A DNA stretch of 63,505 nt, filler included, from Octopus bimaculoides (GCF_001194135.2; 5 parts of 5 records of this genome joined end to end with filler, not necessarily neighbours in it); one strand, 5' to 3'; positions 13,340 to 26,680 are shown, counted from the first letter of the whole stretch. Notes: generated by a model from the sequence alone, not told the origin. Program-made: numbers and translations.

Positions 13340-13565
13340 AACATCGAGTTATGTTATGGTGAGCTATCGGAATCGTTATCACGCTGGACGAAATGCTTCG
13401 CGATATTTCACGGTCGCTACGTTGTCATTTCAAACTCACCGAGATCGACTTTACCTTTCATTCTTTCGGGGTTCATATATTAAGAAACATTCAAATACTG
13501 GGGTCTATGTGATCGATAAACACCCATAAATTCCAGGCCTTGTGCCTATAGTAGATAGGATATAA
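13340..13565 (+). mobile_element. SINE family B, diverged copy
   Basis: GAGCTATCGGAATCGTTATCACGCTGGACGAAATGCTT...TCAAACTCACCGAGATCGACTTTACCTTTCAT...CAGGCCTTGTGCCTATAGTAG. Confidence 0.85.
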
Positions 13566-14791
13566 TATATTATACGTATTATGCTTATGTAGGTAATATA
13601 TATATATGCCGGAAAACCGGTCCTACTAACCTATGGCTCGGGAAGGACCTTTGATCATATTAATACACACATACACATGTTTGTATATATACACATACAC
13701 GTGTGTATAAATGCGCGTGTATATACATATATATATATATATGTGTATGTATGTACGTGTGTATGTATATATAGATATATATGTGCGTGTGTGTGTATGT
13801 ATGTATATATGTATGTATGTATGTATGCATGCATGTATGTATATATATACTGCCGCCAGCAATTGGTTGATGTAGAAGTGTTTGGGATTTGCGCTCATGT
13901 ATTTTCCGACTTTATTGGCATCAAGTTTCCTACGTGTCGTTGTCGCTCTGAACGAAATGTACAGAATTTGTGAACCATTATCTGCAGGATATATAAGAGA
14001 GTGTTTTAGATGCTGTGTGTGTAAATATTATTTATGAAAATATTCACACAGAGTTTTCAAAATACAGTCAACTAGAAAAATGTACAGACTTAACATAGCA
14101 TATGAGCGAGAAAATTTACACTTTTCCTTTTGTATTTGTTCTGTGAATCTTGAAAATTCATAGCAATTCAGGACATTTCCTATCATTTCGTTAGCAGCTG
14201 ATTGCCCTATCATAATGCATGGAAGCAGAAACAGATGGAATTTTCTACTCACCACATTTATTTTGCCATCTAAAGCAAAGTCTAACTCACACGAAGTGAA
14301 AGCGTAATAATTCCTCGGTTGGTTGGAGAAAGAAATTTGTTTTCTAAACAGGAGGTGAAAAAGAAGAATTTCTCTATAGCTACAGTAAATGGAAAAATAG
14401 AGCAACTTTGTATTGCGACAGAAAAATATTAGGATGTTGTTATTATGTATTAAAAATAAGTAACAAGATGTTTATAATAGTCGATTTACACAATTAGCCA
14501 TCATACATTAATTATGGTTGTATTATTGACTCCAGTATAACTGAAACATAAATACAACTGGTTATTTAAGTTTACTCTTTTACAAATATATGTAACAACA
14601 TTTTTCTCCCGATATTTGTGAAATATTTGCAGAAAGATTCATGTTGATATATTGTTTAAAATATATCTATCATGTATTTTGGAACCCCAATCTATGTTCG
14701 GTTCTGCGAGTCTGTGTACGTGTGTGTGTGGAAAGAAATACACACACATATATACATTCATGCAATCACACATGCATACACACATATATAC

Positions 14792-14840
<49 letters not shown>

Positions 14841-15090
14841 AGGCGTAGGAGTGGTTGTGTGGTATGCATACAGCTACTTCACCCCTTTTATGTTTGTCTG
14901 TCCTTGTTCGTCCCCTCTTTGTAATGCCTTTATGGCAAATATCTATGAAATAAAGTAGGTTGCTAACAAACCACATGGTTCCGGGTTCAGTTCCATTGCG
15001 TGCATCCTTGGGCAAGTGTCTTCTACTATAGTCTCGGACCGACCAAAGCCTTGTGAGTGGATTTAGTAAACGGAAACTGAAAGAAGCCCG
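14841..15090 (+). mobile_element. SINE family A 5' half, interrupted by an ~89-bp family-B-like tail
   Basis: AGGCGTAGGAGTGGTTGTGTGGTA [14865-14953 insert] AGTAGGTTGCTAACAAACCACATGGTTCCGGGTTCAG...GAAGCCCGTCG. Confidence 0.85.
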
Positions 15091-15159
15091 TCGTATATAT
15101 GTATATTTATATAAACATATACATGCATATTATATTATATGTATATGTGTGAGCGTTTT

Positions 15160-15350
15160 TTATCTTTTCCTCGTTTCATTCATTATACTGCGGTCATGCT
15201 GGGGCACCAACTTGAAGGAGTTTTAGTCGAATGAATGTACACCACTACTTTTTTTTTAAAGCCTGATACTTATTCTATCGAATTCTCTTGCTGAACCGCC
15301 TTGTTACAGGTACGCAAACACGCCAACACCTATTGTGAAGCGGCGATAGA
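15160..15350 (-). mobile_element. SINE family A 3' half, diverged
   Basis: CTGCGGTCATGCTGGGGCACC...TTAGTCGAATGAAT...TACTTATTCTATCG...GCTGAACCGCC. Confidence 0.75.
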
Positions 15351-15631
15351 GGATCCACACAGGCACAAATACACACAAGTACAAACACACACACGTATTA
15401 TACAGCTTGACTGTATCGTAGGGAGTTTGCTTTGCAACCACAGAATTCAAACTTCAATCCCTCTACATTGTACCGTATATAAGAGTCTTTTACTAAAGCT
15501 CCGGGCCAACCAAGGCTTCTGATTGGACTTGGTAAAGAGAAATTGAAATACGGTTGCTCCATATACATGTATGCATGCATATATGCATGCATATATGCAT
15601 GTGTGTCTTTATGAGTGTGTTTGATCTATAA

Positions 15632-16089
15632 CCACTGCGTGGCAACTTGGGCAAGTGTCTTGTATTATAGCCTCGGGCCGACCAAAGCCTTATGAGTGGA
15701 TTTGGTAGACGGAAACTGAAACAAGCCCGTCGTATATATATATATATATNNNNNNNNNNNNNNNNNNNNNNNNNNNNNNNNNNNNNNNNNNNNNNNNNNN
15801 NNNNNNNNNNNNNNNNNNNNNNNNNNNNNNNNNNNNNNNNNNNNNNNNNNNNNNNNNNNNNNNNNNNNNNNNNNNNNNNNNNNNNNNNNNNNNNNNNNNN
15901 NNNNNNNNNNNNNNTTGACAACCGATGGTGGTATGTTAATCCCCGTAACCTAGCGGTTCGGCAAAAGAGACCGATAGAATAAGTACTAGGCATACAAAGA
16001 ATAAGTCCTGGGGTTGATTTGCTCGACTAATGGCGGTGTTCCGGCATGACCGCAGTCAAATGAATGAAACAAGTAAAAGAGTAAAAGAG
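15632..16089 (+). mobile_element. SINE family A, 5'-truncated; its central microsatellite is an assembly gap
   Basis: CCACTGCGTGGCAACTTGGGCAAGTG...CAAGCCCGTCG(TA)n-gap-TTGACAACCGATG...GAAACAAGTAAAAGAGTAAAAGAG. Confidence 0.9.
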
Positions 16090-16849
16090 TGTTCAAAAAT
16101 TAAAATCAAAAGCTCAGCGTATCTATTGATTTAATATAAATTACTATTAATTGATAATGATACATGCAATTAAACAAAAAAAAAAAAACGACTACAACAT
16201 TCCTCGGTAATGAAGAGAGGGTTTCAATTGTACGTATACAAAATTTTCGAATATGTACGACAAAATATAATGAATGTTAACCATTTTGAGCTTGAGATTC
16301 AAAATTTATCAATCGTATCTATTACTGCCACATATCAGAAGGGAATCTGTTAGTCAAATATTTATAATTATGTTGAAAAAAGCTAAGAAGACAATGGAAA
16401 AAATTTATTATCATATACTGTAACAGAATCTAAGTGATTATTGATTTTCATACGTCTGATATAATGTGTCTTCAGTTTTATTTTAAACAAATACTTTCAC
16501 AAAACTATCATTACACAAAAATATAGAAAGAATAAAATCATGCGGGGATTTTTCAATATGAAAATATAACTTATATTTAACAAGAATTGTTTCACAATTG
16601 CTGATTTGTAATGTAGTGTTGCTTAAATGCTATTTCTTCAAAATACTGTCTAGTTTCTAAGCTCGATTTAACTGTGTGATAAAATATACAAATGTCTCCT
16701 AGAGAAGCCTCGGTTTGAGTAATGTCTTGGGAGAGAAATTTGGTAAGCGAAAATTATGGTATTCAATCATATTCTCGCATATAAACATAAACGTACCCTC
16801 CGTCTTTCGTATGTGTCTGCGTGTGTGTTCGTGTACGTGTGTTGTAAAT

Positions 16850-17850
16850 ACCACTGAAATTATTTCGCCAAGTAACAACTCTTTACCATTCTAAATACAT
16901 GGTTCTAGGTTTAGTCCCACTGTGTGCGAGGTAACTTACGCAAGTATCCCCTATTAAGGTTCCGGCACGATCAATGTTTTTTTAAGGTAAACGGAACTGT
17001 ATGAAAGGTCGTNNNNNNNNNNNNNNNNNNNNNNNNNNNNNNNNNNNNNNNNNNNNNNNNNNNNNNNNNNNNNNNNNNNNNNNNNNNNNNNNNNNNNNNN
17101 NNNNNNNNNNNNNNNNNNNNNNNNNNNNNNNNNNNNNNNNNNNNNNNNNNNNNNNNNNNNNNNNNNNNNNNNNNNNNNNNNNNNNNNNNNNNNNNNNNNN
17201 NNNNNNNNNNNNNNNNNNNNNNNNNNNNNNNNNNNNNNNNNNNNNNNNNNNNNNNNNNNNNNNNNNNNNNNNNNNNNNNNNNNNNNNNNNNNNNNNNNNN
17301 NNNNNNNNNNNNNNNNNNNNNNNNNNNNNNNNNNNNNNNNNNNNNNNNNNNNNNNNNNNNNNNNNNNNNNNNNNNNNNNNNNNNNNNNNNNNNNNNNNNN
17401 NNNNNNNNNNNNNNNNNNNNNNNNNNNNNNNNNNNNNNNNNNNNNNNNNGTCGGTATGCACATACCTGTACGTATATATGCATATACTCATTTACTATAT
17501 ATATAGGTAAGTGTGTGTGAGTGTACATTTATGTATGTGTGTATGTATGTATGTTTATGTATGTATGTGTGTATGTATGTATGTTTATGTATGTATGTGT
17601 GTATGTATGTATGTATGTATGTATGTATGTAGAGTGTGTGTCTTTGTGCATGTGTTTGCGTTTATGCTTGCACCCCACCGTTTGATAACTGGTGATAGTT
17701 TGTCTATGTTCTCATAAATTACAAGTTCGGCAAATAGTTTCTGATAGAAAAAGTAACAGACTTTAAAAATCTAAGCACTGAGGGCGATTTATTCTACTAA
17801 ACCCTTCAAGGCTGCGCTTGAGATTGGCCGCAAGTAAAAGGTAAAAGAAG
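16850..17850 (+). mobile_element. Old SINE family A copy spanning a gap and a (TATG)n array
   Basis: Diverged head (GGTTCTAGGTTTAGTCCCACTG...AAACGGAACTGTATGAAAGGTCGT) before the gap; diverged tail (TTGATAACTGGTG...TTCGGCAAA...TTGGCCGCAAGTAAAAG) after it. Confidence 0.65.
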
Positions 17851-18182
17851 TCTTGTATCAGACTGAAAAGTTTTAGTCATTCAACATAACTAACATGGCG
17901 ATATGCACAAACATATATGTATACATATAGGTGTGTGTTCGTGTGCATATATGTGTTCATGTGAGTGTGAGTAAGCATATGCATATATGCACATGCACGT
18001 GGGTGTGAGTTCGCGCATGTGTATGTATGGACATGCGCGCATACGTGTATTCTATGAGCGTGGGTTTACCTTCTTCGAGTATATTTACTTTCTCCCTTTC
18101 GAGTAATTTCCCTTCATTTAACGGTCATTCTCATAGCATTTTTGTTTGTCTTAATAACTGACGAGATGTATATGTATATATA

Positions 18183-19660
18183 CAGCCTTGGTCAAAATTA
18201 TTAGGCCGCCCCAATGTTTTTGGGTTCTGCTATCTCAATCTTAATGAAATTCGTGCACATTGTAGATTAAGGTATATTTCACAATATACATTATTTTTAT
18301 ACTGTACTGGACATATAGAACCAATTATTAGTAAGACCAACGTTTAAAATTAACTGATGTTTCCTTGATTATTTCAGAATTTTATGCTAAAAGACATTGT
18401 AGATACAGTTAATAAACAGTAAAATGTCTAAAACAAGGCACCTGAGTGAGTGTGAGCGAGGTCAAATCTTAGCTCATCATGAAGATGAATGTCTCAAAGG
18501 CATATTGCTCAGAAGATAAAATGTTCTCGATGTGCAGTGCAAACTCTCAAGCACTTCAGAGAGACAAAAGATGTGAAGACAATACAAAGAACAGGCAGAA
18601 AAAAGTTTACATCACCTCATGATGATAGACTCAACATCCGTCAGTCGCTCAGAAACAGAAGAAAACCATCGTCGCTCTGTGTGGACTTCAACAAGGCAAA
18701 TACTTCACAAATATCAACCAGAACTGTTAGAAGAAGGCTTGCCGAGTACGGTCTGAAAGGCTGTAATGCCAGGAAGGAGCCATGGGTTTATGAAGCGACT
18801 ATGGAATAACGTCTTCTATGGGCCAAAAACCACTCAAATTAGACCAGTGAGCAATGGTCAAGAGTCATATGGTCTGATGAAAGTAACTATGAGGTGAGAT
18901 AGTACATATATTCAATCAACATATAAACGTATTGTAACTGATTTCTTGCCCAAAATATATGAAAACGTATCCAACATAAAGTTTAAATTATTTTTCATGT
19001 TTTTACGCAGGTTTTCGCTACATCTTGTGCAACATTTATGCGTCGCAGACTTGAGGAAGCATTTATGGCTGAAGGTCTAATACTAAACGTAAAACATGGG
19101 AGTGGTTCTAACATGGTGTGGGCCTGCATGTCTGCCACGGGTCCCGGGGAAATGTTTTTTTTATGTCAGGGAAGGATAAATTCAGCTACCTATGCTTCTA
19201 TGTTATGAGATGTTTTAGAACCATCAACTGTTAAATTGCATCCAGGTGTGTCGAAAGACGTTATCATTCATCAGGGCAACGCTCCATGCCATACAGAAAA
19301 GAATACTCATCAATGGTTTGAGTCACAAGATATTGTTCCCACGGACTGTCCAGCTCAAAGTCCCGATCTAAATCCCTTTGAACACCTATAGGGACTCTTG
19401 GTGAAGCTATCATAAACACAACAATTGAAAATAAAGAGCATTTGTACCAAACGTTAAGAGAAGAATGGAAAAAAGTTGCACCTAGCACCTGCAAGAAACT
19501 AGTTAATTCAATGCCTAACCGTATAAAAGCGGGAATTGATGCTAAAGGAGGGTCAGCCAGATATTAAAACTAATGCATATTGTTAATTATACCATAATCT
19601 ACTATGTGCACGATTTTCCTTAACACTCAGATAGCAGAACCCCAAAACATTTGGGTGTCC
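18183..19660 (+). mobile_element. Tc1-family DNA transposon (DD34E), near full length; right terminus lies in a gap
   Basis: TA|CAGCCTTGG start. Left GGCCGCCCCAATGTTTTTGGGTTCTGCTATCT...CGTGCACATTGTAGATTAAGGTAT is inverted at 19589-19660. Transposase remnant lies between them. Confidence 0.95.
18424..19567 (+). pseudogene. Tc1 transposase pseudogene, join(18424..18893,19011..19567)
   Basis: MSKTRHLSECERGQILA, HTH SQRHIA, RTGRKK, STRTVRRRLAEYGL, WSDES, KHGSGSNMVWACM, HQGNAPCH (second D mutated to G), SPDLNPFE (34-aa spacing), MPNRIKAGIDAKGG. Frameshifts near 18488 and 19410; stops at 18807, 18840, 19206, 19389. Confidence 0.95.
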
Positions 19661-20091
19661 NNNNNNNNNNNNNNNNNNNNNNNNNNNNNNNNNNNNNNNN
19701 NNNNNNNNNNNNNNNNNNNNNNNNNNNNNNNNNNNNNNNNNNNNNNNNNNNNNNNNNNNNNNNNNNNNNNNNNNNNNNNNNNNNNNNNNNNNNNNNNNNN
19801 NNNNNNNNNNNNNNNNNNNNNNNNNNNNNNNNNNNNNNNNNNNNNNNNNNNNNNNNNNNNNNNNNNNNNNNNNNNNNNNNNNNNNNNNNNNNNNNNNNNN
19901 NNNNNNNNNNNNNNNNNNNNNNNNNNNNNNNNNNNNNNNNNNNNNNNNNNNNNNNNNNNNNNNNNNNNNNNNNNNNNNNNNNNNNNNNNNNNNNNNNNNN
20001 NNNNNNNNNNNNNNNNNNNNNNNNNNNNNNNNNNNNNNNNNNNNNNNNNNNNNNNNNNNNNNNNNNNNNNNNNNNNNNNNNNNNNNNNNNN

Positions 20092-20139
<48 letters not shown>

Positions 20140-20884
20140 TACACACATCATATAATTAAGTAGTTTGTTGTGTGCACATATCAGTTTGGCGTTCTGTCTG
20201 TTCCTGGATTATAATATAAACATTAAAATACTGAATTTTCTTTTTTCCTTTGTATCATCACTGATCAAGAAACTGATATGGAAGCAAATACTTTCTACAT
20301 TGAATGAATTAATGAAAACCTAACAGAAGTTCTCACAATGATAAACGTATTCGAATAGACAGTATGACAGGATATAAATATTTCGCTTCTGTCAAGAGTC
20401 TGATGTATCTGAAACATTTTGCAATAAGTATTTAAAATTTGCAGTTGATTATATATTACAAAGATTTAAATAAATTCATGTCTGAAATTACATTACACGT
20501 TGTTATATTGTTATGTAGTGTATTTCAATGGAAGCGTCAGGTGATGTAAAAAAAACAAACAAAAAAAAAACAATGAAAGAGCTTCTACTCGGTCTGTCAT
20601 AAATCTGTGTAATAACGATGTGACAACTTTCAATCACTTTACAAAGAGTGGTATATATGGTGCCGAAAACTAGAAGATATTCTGTTCAACAAAATGCATA
20701 TTGAAGTTAAAATACATGCCTTCTCAGTCAACAGAAGGCATGTATTTACCTCGAGATGAAAATCAAGAATAAACAGCTAAACATTTAATCTAGTTGTTTA
20801 TTTTAGCTTAGACCGAGAAATATTCTTATGTTCGATACACACAGATGATCCGAGTTTTATAGATAGAGATAACCGCACACGCAT

Positions 20885-21130
20885 TTTCTGAGTCTGAATT
20901 CTGATGAGGTCGACTTTGCTTTTCATCATTTTGGAGTCGATAAAATAATTACCAATGTATGTATATATGTATGTACGGGTTTACGCATGCATAACTTGGC
21001 GGTTCGGCAACATAATCAACAAACAATAAAAACAAAATATGTACTGGAGTGAATTAATTCGACTAAAAATTTTTCAGGGCAGTACCGAAGTATGGCAGTA
21101 ATCTAATAGCGAAAAAAAAAAAAGAAAAAA
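20885..21130 (+). mobile_element. Diverged SINE B middle followed by a SINE A-type tail
   Basis: TTCTGAGTCTGAATTCTGATGAGGTCGACTTTGCTTTTCATC, then GGCGGTTCGGCAAC...TTCGACTAAAA. Confidence 0.65.
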
Positions 21131-21420
21131 ACATAAAAGATGAAAAATAATAAAAATAATGCTTAAATGATACGATGTAGAAATTGTCTCATATACAACA
21201 CCCAAGCTATAAACATAAATATTGAGACTTCCTGTAGCAGACTCAGATACTTACATATTAATAAGTCGAGTAAGAAATTAACAGATTGTGCGAGGAAATG
21301 CATGTACACACATACGTAAATAAATACATGCACGCATAATACATACATGCATACATACATACACAAATATATATATATATATATATTTGTGTGTGTGTGT
21401 GTATATAAATATATGTATTC

Positions 21421-21452
<32 letters not shown>

Positions 21453-21964
21453 ATATATAGGTATATATATACATGTATGGATCTACATATATATATATAG
21501 GTATATATATATATATANNNNNNNNNNNNNNNNNNNNNNNNNNNNNNNNNNNNNNNNNNNNNNNNNNNNNNNNNNNNNNNNNNNNNNNNNNNNNNNNNNN
21601 NNNNNNNNNNNNNNNNNNNNNNNNNNNNNNNNNNNNNNNNNNNNNNNNNNNNNNNNNNNNNNNNNNNNNNNNNNNNNNNNNNNNNNNNNNNNNNNNNNNN
21701 NNNNNNNNNNNNNNNNNNNNNNNNNNNNNNNNNNNNNNNNNNNNNNNNNNNNNNNNNNNNNNNNNNNNNNNNNNNNNNNNNNNNNNNNNNNNNNNNNNNN
21801 NNNNNNNNNNNNNNNNNNNNNNNNNNNNNNNNNNNNNNNNNNNNNNNNNNNNNNNNNNNNNNNNNNNNNNNNNNNNNNNNNNNNNNNNNNNNNNNNNNNN
21901 NNNNNNNNNNNNNNNNNNNNNNNNNNNNNTATATATATATATATAAATATGTATGTATATATAT

Positions 21965-22124
21965 GACGGGTTTCTTTCTGTTTCCGTCTACCAAATCCAC
22001 TCACAAGGCTTTGGTCGGCCCGAGGCTATAGAAGACTCTTGCCCAAGGTGCTACTCAGTGGGACTGAACCCGGAACCATGTGGTTGGTGATCAAGTTACT
22101 TACCACACAGCCACTCCTACGCCT
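21965..22124 (-). mobile_element. SINE family A 5' half, adjoining a (TA)n gap
   Basis: Reverse complement begins AGGCGTAGGAGTGGCTGTGTGGTAAG; B-box-like GGTTCAGTCCC. Confidence 0.92.
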
Positions 22125-24660
22125 GCATATACAAATGACCCGTCCTTGAATTTTCCTGTCTGTCTTTTCCTTCCACGTGACCGGTGTTTGTGACTGACCG
22201 CCGTACGTACAGCACCTCCTATTTTCCACTCCTCTGACCTGCACCTAAGTTGGTGCCTCGAGGCTTTCACTCCACACGCCCGCTCAACTTGATTCGTCCT
22301 TATTATCCGAAAGAAACCTTCTGGTATTCTCTTGTTCTTTCTATTTGTAATCGCATAACGTTTTCTCAGTTTCTTCGTCTTTTTTTTCTTTTTTTTTGTT
22401 GTCTGTGTTCTGCAGATTCGCTTACTTTCTTCCCAAAATTTAATGCTTTTAGCTTAGATTTTTGGGGCCAGCCAGTTTTGAACAGTCTGAGGTGTAGCAC
22501 GTCGAAACTGTAATCATAATTTGGTAACTTGACTGATGAATAGAANNNNNNNNNNNNNNNNNNNNNNNNNNNNNNNNNNNNNNNNNNNNNNNNNNNNNNN
22601 NNNNNNNNNNNNNNNNNNNNNNNNNNNNNNNNNNNNNNNNNNNNNNNNNNNNNNNNNNNNNNNNNNNNNNNNNNNNNNNNNNNNNNNNNNNNNNNNNNNN
22701 NNNNNNNNNNNNNNNNNNNNNNNNNNNNNNNNNNNNNNNNNNNNNNNNNNNNNNNNNNNNNNNNNNNNNNNNNNNNNNNNNAATCTTCACTTTCTCCTCG
22801 TCTGCTCCACACATACTTAGATATGTGTATATCCGCAAAACCACACCCATACCCACACACTCACACACATACAAACGCATATATATATATATGTGTGTAT
22901 GTGTGCGTGTGTGAGTGTATGTATTGTGCATACAAATACTTGTATAGATGTGTTTAGATATATGTGTATGTGTGAATGCGTGAGTGAGTGTATGTGTGTG
23001 TGTAGATATATACTCACGCACATAAACAATTTACCAGATATTCCATAAGATTCTTTGTAATAAAGATATAAACATACAGACAGACAAATCAAACGCATGT
23101 AGAAGAGATGGGAAGGTAGATAAGAAGATAGAGATTGACAAACTGTCTGTATACTTGCATAAAATTGTTATTATATCATAACGTGTGGCATACTGTTGTG
23201 TATTGATTTTTGGCTTTCTTTATTCTTTTACGCTGAGCAGAATGGAATCAACAAATCGTAATATCTGTTGAAATCTCATGAAAACCGTTTGCCTTAAGGT
23301 GTAAGCAGAAATCTATAATATTGACTCAATATAACATTGTAAATACTGTCCATCACTTCAACTAGGCTAAAGAACAACAATTTAAAATTTAAAATATCAA
23401 TTTTCATTTCTAAGAAGCTGAGAATTATTCTGTTAATAGTTGCAGGCGCTATATATATNNNNNNNNNNNNNNNNNNNNNNNNNNNNNNNNNNNNNNNNNN
23501 NNTTAATTAATTAANNNNNNNNNNNNNNNNNNNNNNNNNNNNNNNNNNNNNNNNNNNNATATATATATTCGTACCTGAATATTACATATGTGTGTAAGGG
23601 AGGGTAATATCTTATCTGTTTCTATTAACCGGAGCTACAGCTGATCGCAAAGATTCATAAGCACTTGAACGCATGGTGCTCGCCTCCTTCTTTACAAATC
23701 GATCACAAATATCGTCCTTAATTTCTGTTGTTCCTGGAGTCTTTGATAGTTTCTTTCATTGAATCATCAAATCCTTTTCACGTTACACCAATACGATGGC
23801 CTCAATATGCAAACTCAAAATACAAGATTGTCTATGACAGTTTAAACTGAAGCATTCTAACGACGTGTCTGTTCCAGTTCATTTGTATTACTTTCAGTCT
23901 AGCAACGTGGGACATGAGTTGAGAAACTCCGTATGCAGAATTTTGTTCTACCATTTTCATGTTTGGAATCAGCGTATTTAAATATATGAGAAAATAATTA
24001 AGCTCTTTAGCATAGGGTTGGTACATGATCCACGTTTCCTACAATAGTGATTTGAGAGGACGACAGCATTTTATGCTTTGAATTTGAAAGGGATGGCCAG
24101 ATACTTGCTGGAGTCTTCTGACGTAAGTAATGAACGGTCGTCACCATGCATACAGTAGTATACGTTATTTTAGAGGCCTAACATTCGTTTTCACTTGCAA
24201 TCTGAAGGCTTAGATAATTTGTAACCATATCTATATCTAGTTTCAGTTCCAGGACGAAGAACTTTGGATGTCCCTTGCCTCATTGCCCAAAATATAGTGA
24301 AATCTGTAGATGCAAATGTACAACGCTGTTTCACAAAATTTGTGCCTGGATTTTTTATAAATATGTCTTTATTACTCGTAATGTTGACGTCTATATCTTT
24401 ATCACACTAGCACACCACTTGCACGAGCATTAATCCACTACTTTCGTCGCAGTTTTCATTACAATATATATAAGGATGTATGCAGAGTTCCAAAACTGAG
24501 TCAAAAACTTGGGCAATTTAATCGAACAATATCTACATCATGCAAACATGCGCACACACAGGCACACACACGCGCACACACACAGGCACACACATATATG
24601 TGTGTACATATGTATGATTCTATCTCCCTTATCTCTCTCTCAATATATATATATATATAT

Positions 24661-24800
24661 AGGCGCAGGAGTGGCTGTGTGGTAAGTCGCTCGCTTAACA
24701 ACCACATGGTTCCGGGTTCAGTCCCACTGCGTGACACCTTGGTCAAGTGACTTCTACTAAAGCCTCGGGCCAACCAAATCCTTGTGAAAGAAGCCCGTCG
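24661..24800 (+). mobile_element. SINE family A 5' half with a 24-bp internal deletion
   Basis: AGGCGCAGGAGTGGCTGTGTGGTAAG...CTTGTGA^AAGAAGCCCGTCG, then (TA)n(TG)n. Confidence 0.92.
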
Positions 24801-24802
24801 TA

Positions 24803-24871
<69 letters not shown>

Positions 24872-26680
24872 GTGTGTGTGTGTGTGTGTTTGTGTGTGTG
24901 TATGTGTGTGTGTGCGTGCGCGTTTTTGTGTGCATGCTGAGGGATTTATAGAATCATTATAGTGTCGTGTGTAATCTAACGCAGCACTGTACTGTCACAT
25001 CAAATACCATTGGTGTCAACTGGGCTACTCATAAATTTGGCGTCGACAATTTGCATATTAAAAACTAGAGATCTTTTTCTATGTCATTGTCTTGTTTTAA
25101 TGAAATTAGCGTTAATGAAAGGAAAGTGTGTGATGTTGCATCCCATCGAGTCGATGAATATTTAAAAAGTTAAGGGAAATCATATATATGTGTCTGTGAA
25201 TCTGCGTGAATATGTCTGTTTCTTTTTTTATCTTTATAATTAATCAGCGTAAAAAATATTCTTGAGTACATACAGATTTGTTGAAAAAAAAAAATACCAT
25301 TAAAACAGATACCAGACGTAAATAATTACTGCGTTCAATATCATCTACAAACATCCTTCAAAATGCTGCCTCAGTATAGCTAGAGTTCATTTTCTGCAGC
25401 TAGTAAAATTATAAAACAATAATTTAACGCCTTAAAGTGTTTATATCTGAGTTTCCATGCTGTTGCATGAGGAATCTCCTTTAGATAATTAGATTTCTTC
25501 TTATCTAAATATATTTCACTTTATTTTTGTCGCTAATGCCCTTCAGAATATCATACAAATTAAATAATCTCGTTTCTTCTGCTTGTTAAATCTGAGAATA
25601 TATGCTTACGTAAGGAATGTGTATGTAGTTTTTGAAGCTCAGCCAGAAAGAGAAAATATTTGTAAATAAATTACAAATAACATGATTGCATTAAGCAATA
25701 AAACCAAAAAAATGTCGAAAACAAATAATGCAAAATAAAATGTTTCTGGTGAGATTGATCTATTCGATTAACTTTGCCGACGGTAAGTAAAACACAGGAA
25801 TTCATGTGATATTATGTAGGTGAAATATATACGCGTGTAGTTACAAAAGGACATAGAAATGTATTTAATTTGTTGCAAAGGTTATACTTGATATTATTTA
25901 ATATGTCATCATTACAGTGACATATAGTAGGTGTAAGAATTATATCAAAATTAATGTGAAAATGTATCATTGACTATTTAATGCTATAATATGATATAGA
26001 AATTGCTGTTTAGATCTCGAGATAGCTTTCATGTTAATTTTAAGAAAACGTTTATTCGTTTGCTATGCAAACTATATAACGAGCTTATATTTAAAAGTGT
26101 TGTATTGTGTGGAATATCCCAGTTATTCTCAAACATATTTCGTAGAAATTATTGTTGTTTAAACTGATTCAAGCACATCCCAATTAAAAAAAAAATAAAA
26201 ATAAAAATAAAGAAAAGCTCAAATGATGCCCAGCATCACCAACGACCAACGGCCGATTGTCTATAGTTGATTTACTATCAATTCATAATCTATAACAAAT
26301 TTGTTTTACTAAAGAACACTTATGAACTTCAAACATATCGCATCAAATCATGAGACTTTATTTTTTTTTATATTGCAAGGCTATTTCAGATTTTTTTTTC
26401 CTTACTTTATATTTTCTTAATATACCATTTGTATGTTTTATCTTCGTGTGTGTACACTGTAACGATAGCACTTTATATGACTACACAGCAAACAAATACC
26501 TCAGTTTAGCTGCCTGCACCTGAAGTTGGATCGATTTTGATCTTATATATAAACCTGCCGACGAAGAGAAGGCTGGCGGGATCCCTAAACGAGATAGGGG
26601 TTAGCTGATGATCTTAAGGTCCACTTTCTTAAAATTTGTTCTTGGAAGCTCATACAGTGTCAATATGCACTAAAGTTTGA

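Noticed and set aside
22130-22340. Minus-strand IRTNQVERACGVK...RSRGRKR, faintly like an RTE C-terminus
   Set aside because: The RWFGHV core is missing; too degenerate to call.
23459-23558. TTAATTAATTAA palindrome centred in N runs (also at about 30852, 42785 and 61992)
   Set aside because: The 44N+12+44N = 100-nt layout recurs; it is an assembly spacer with stops in all six frames, not biology.
24048-24122. 75-nt AG...GTAAGT exon-like segment
   Set aside because: Stops in all three frames from the best acceptor.
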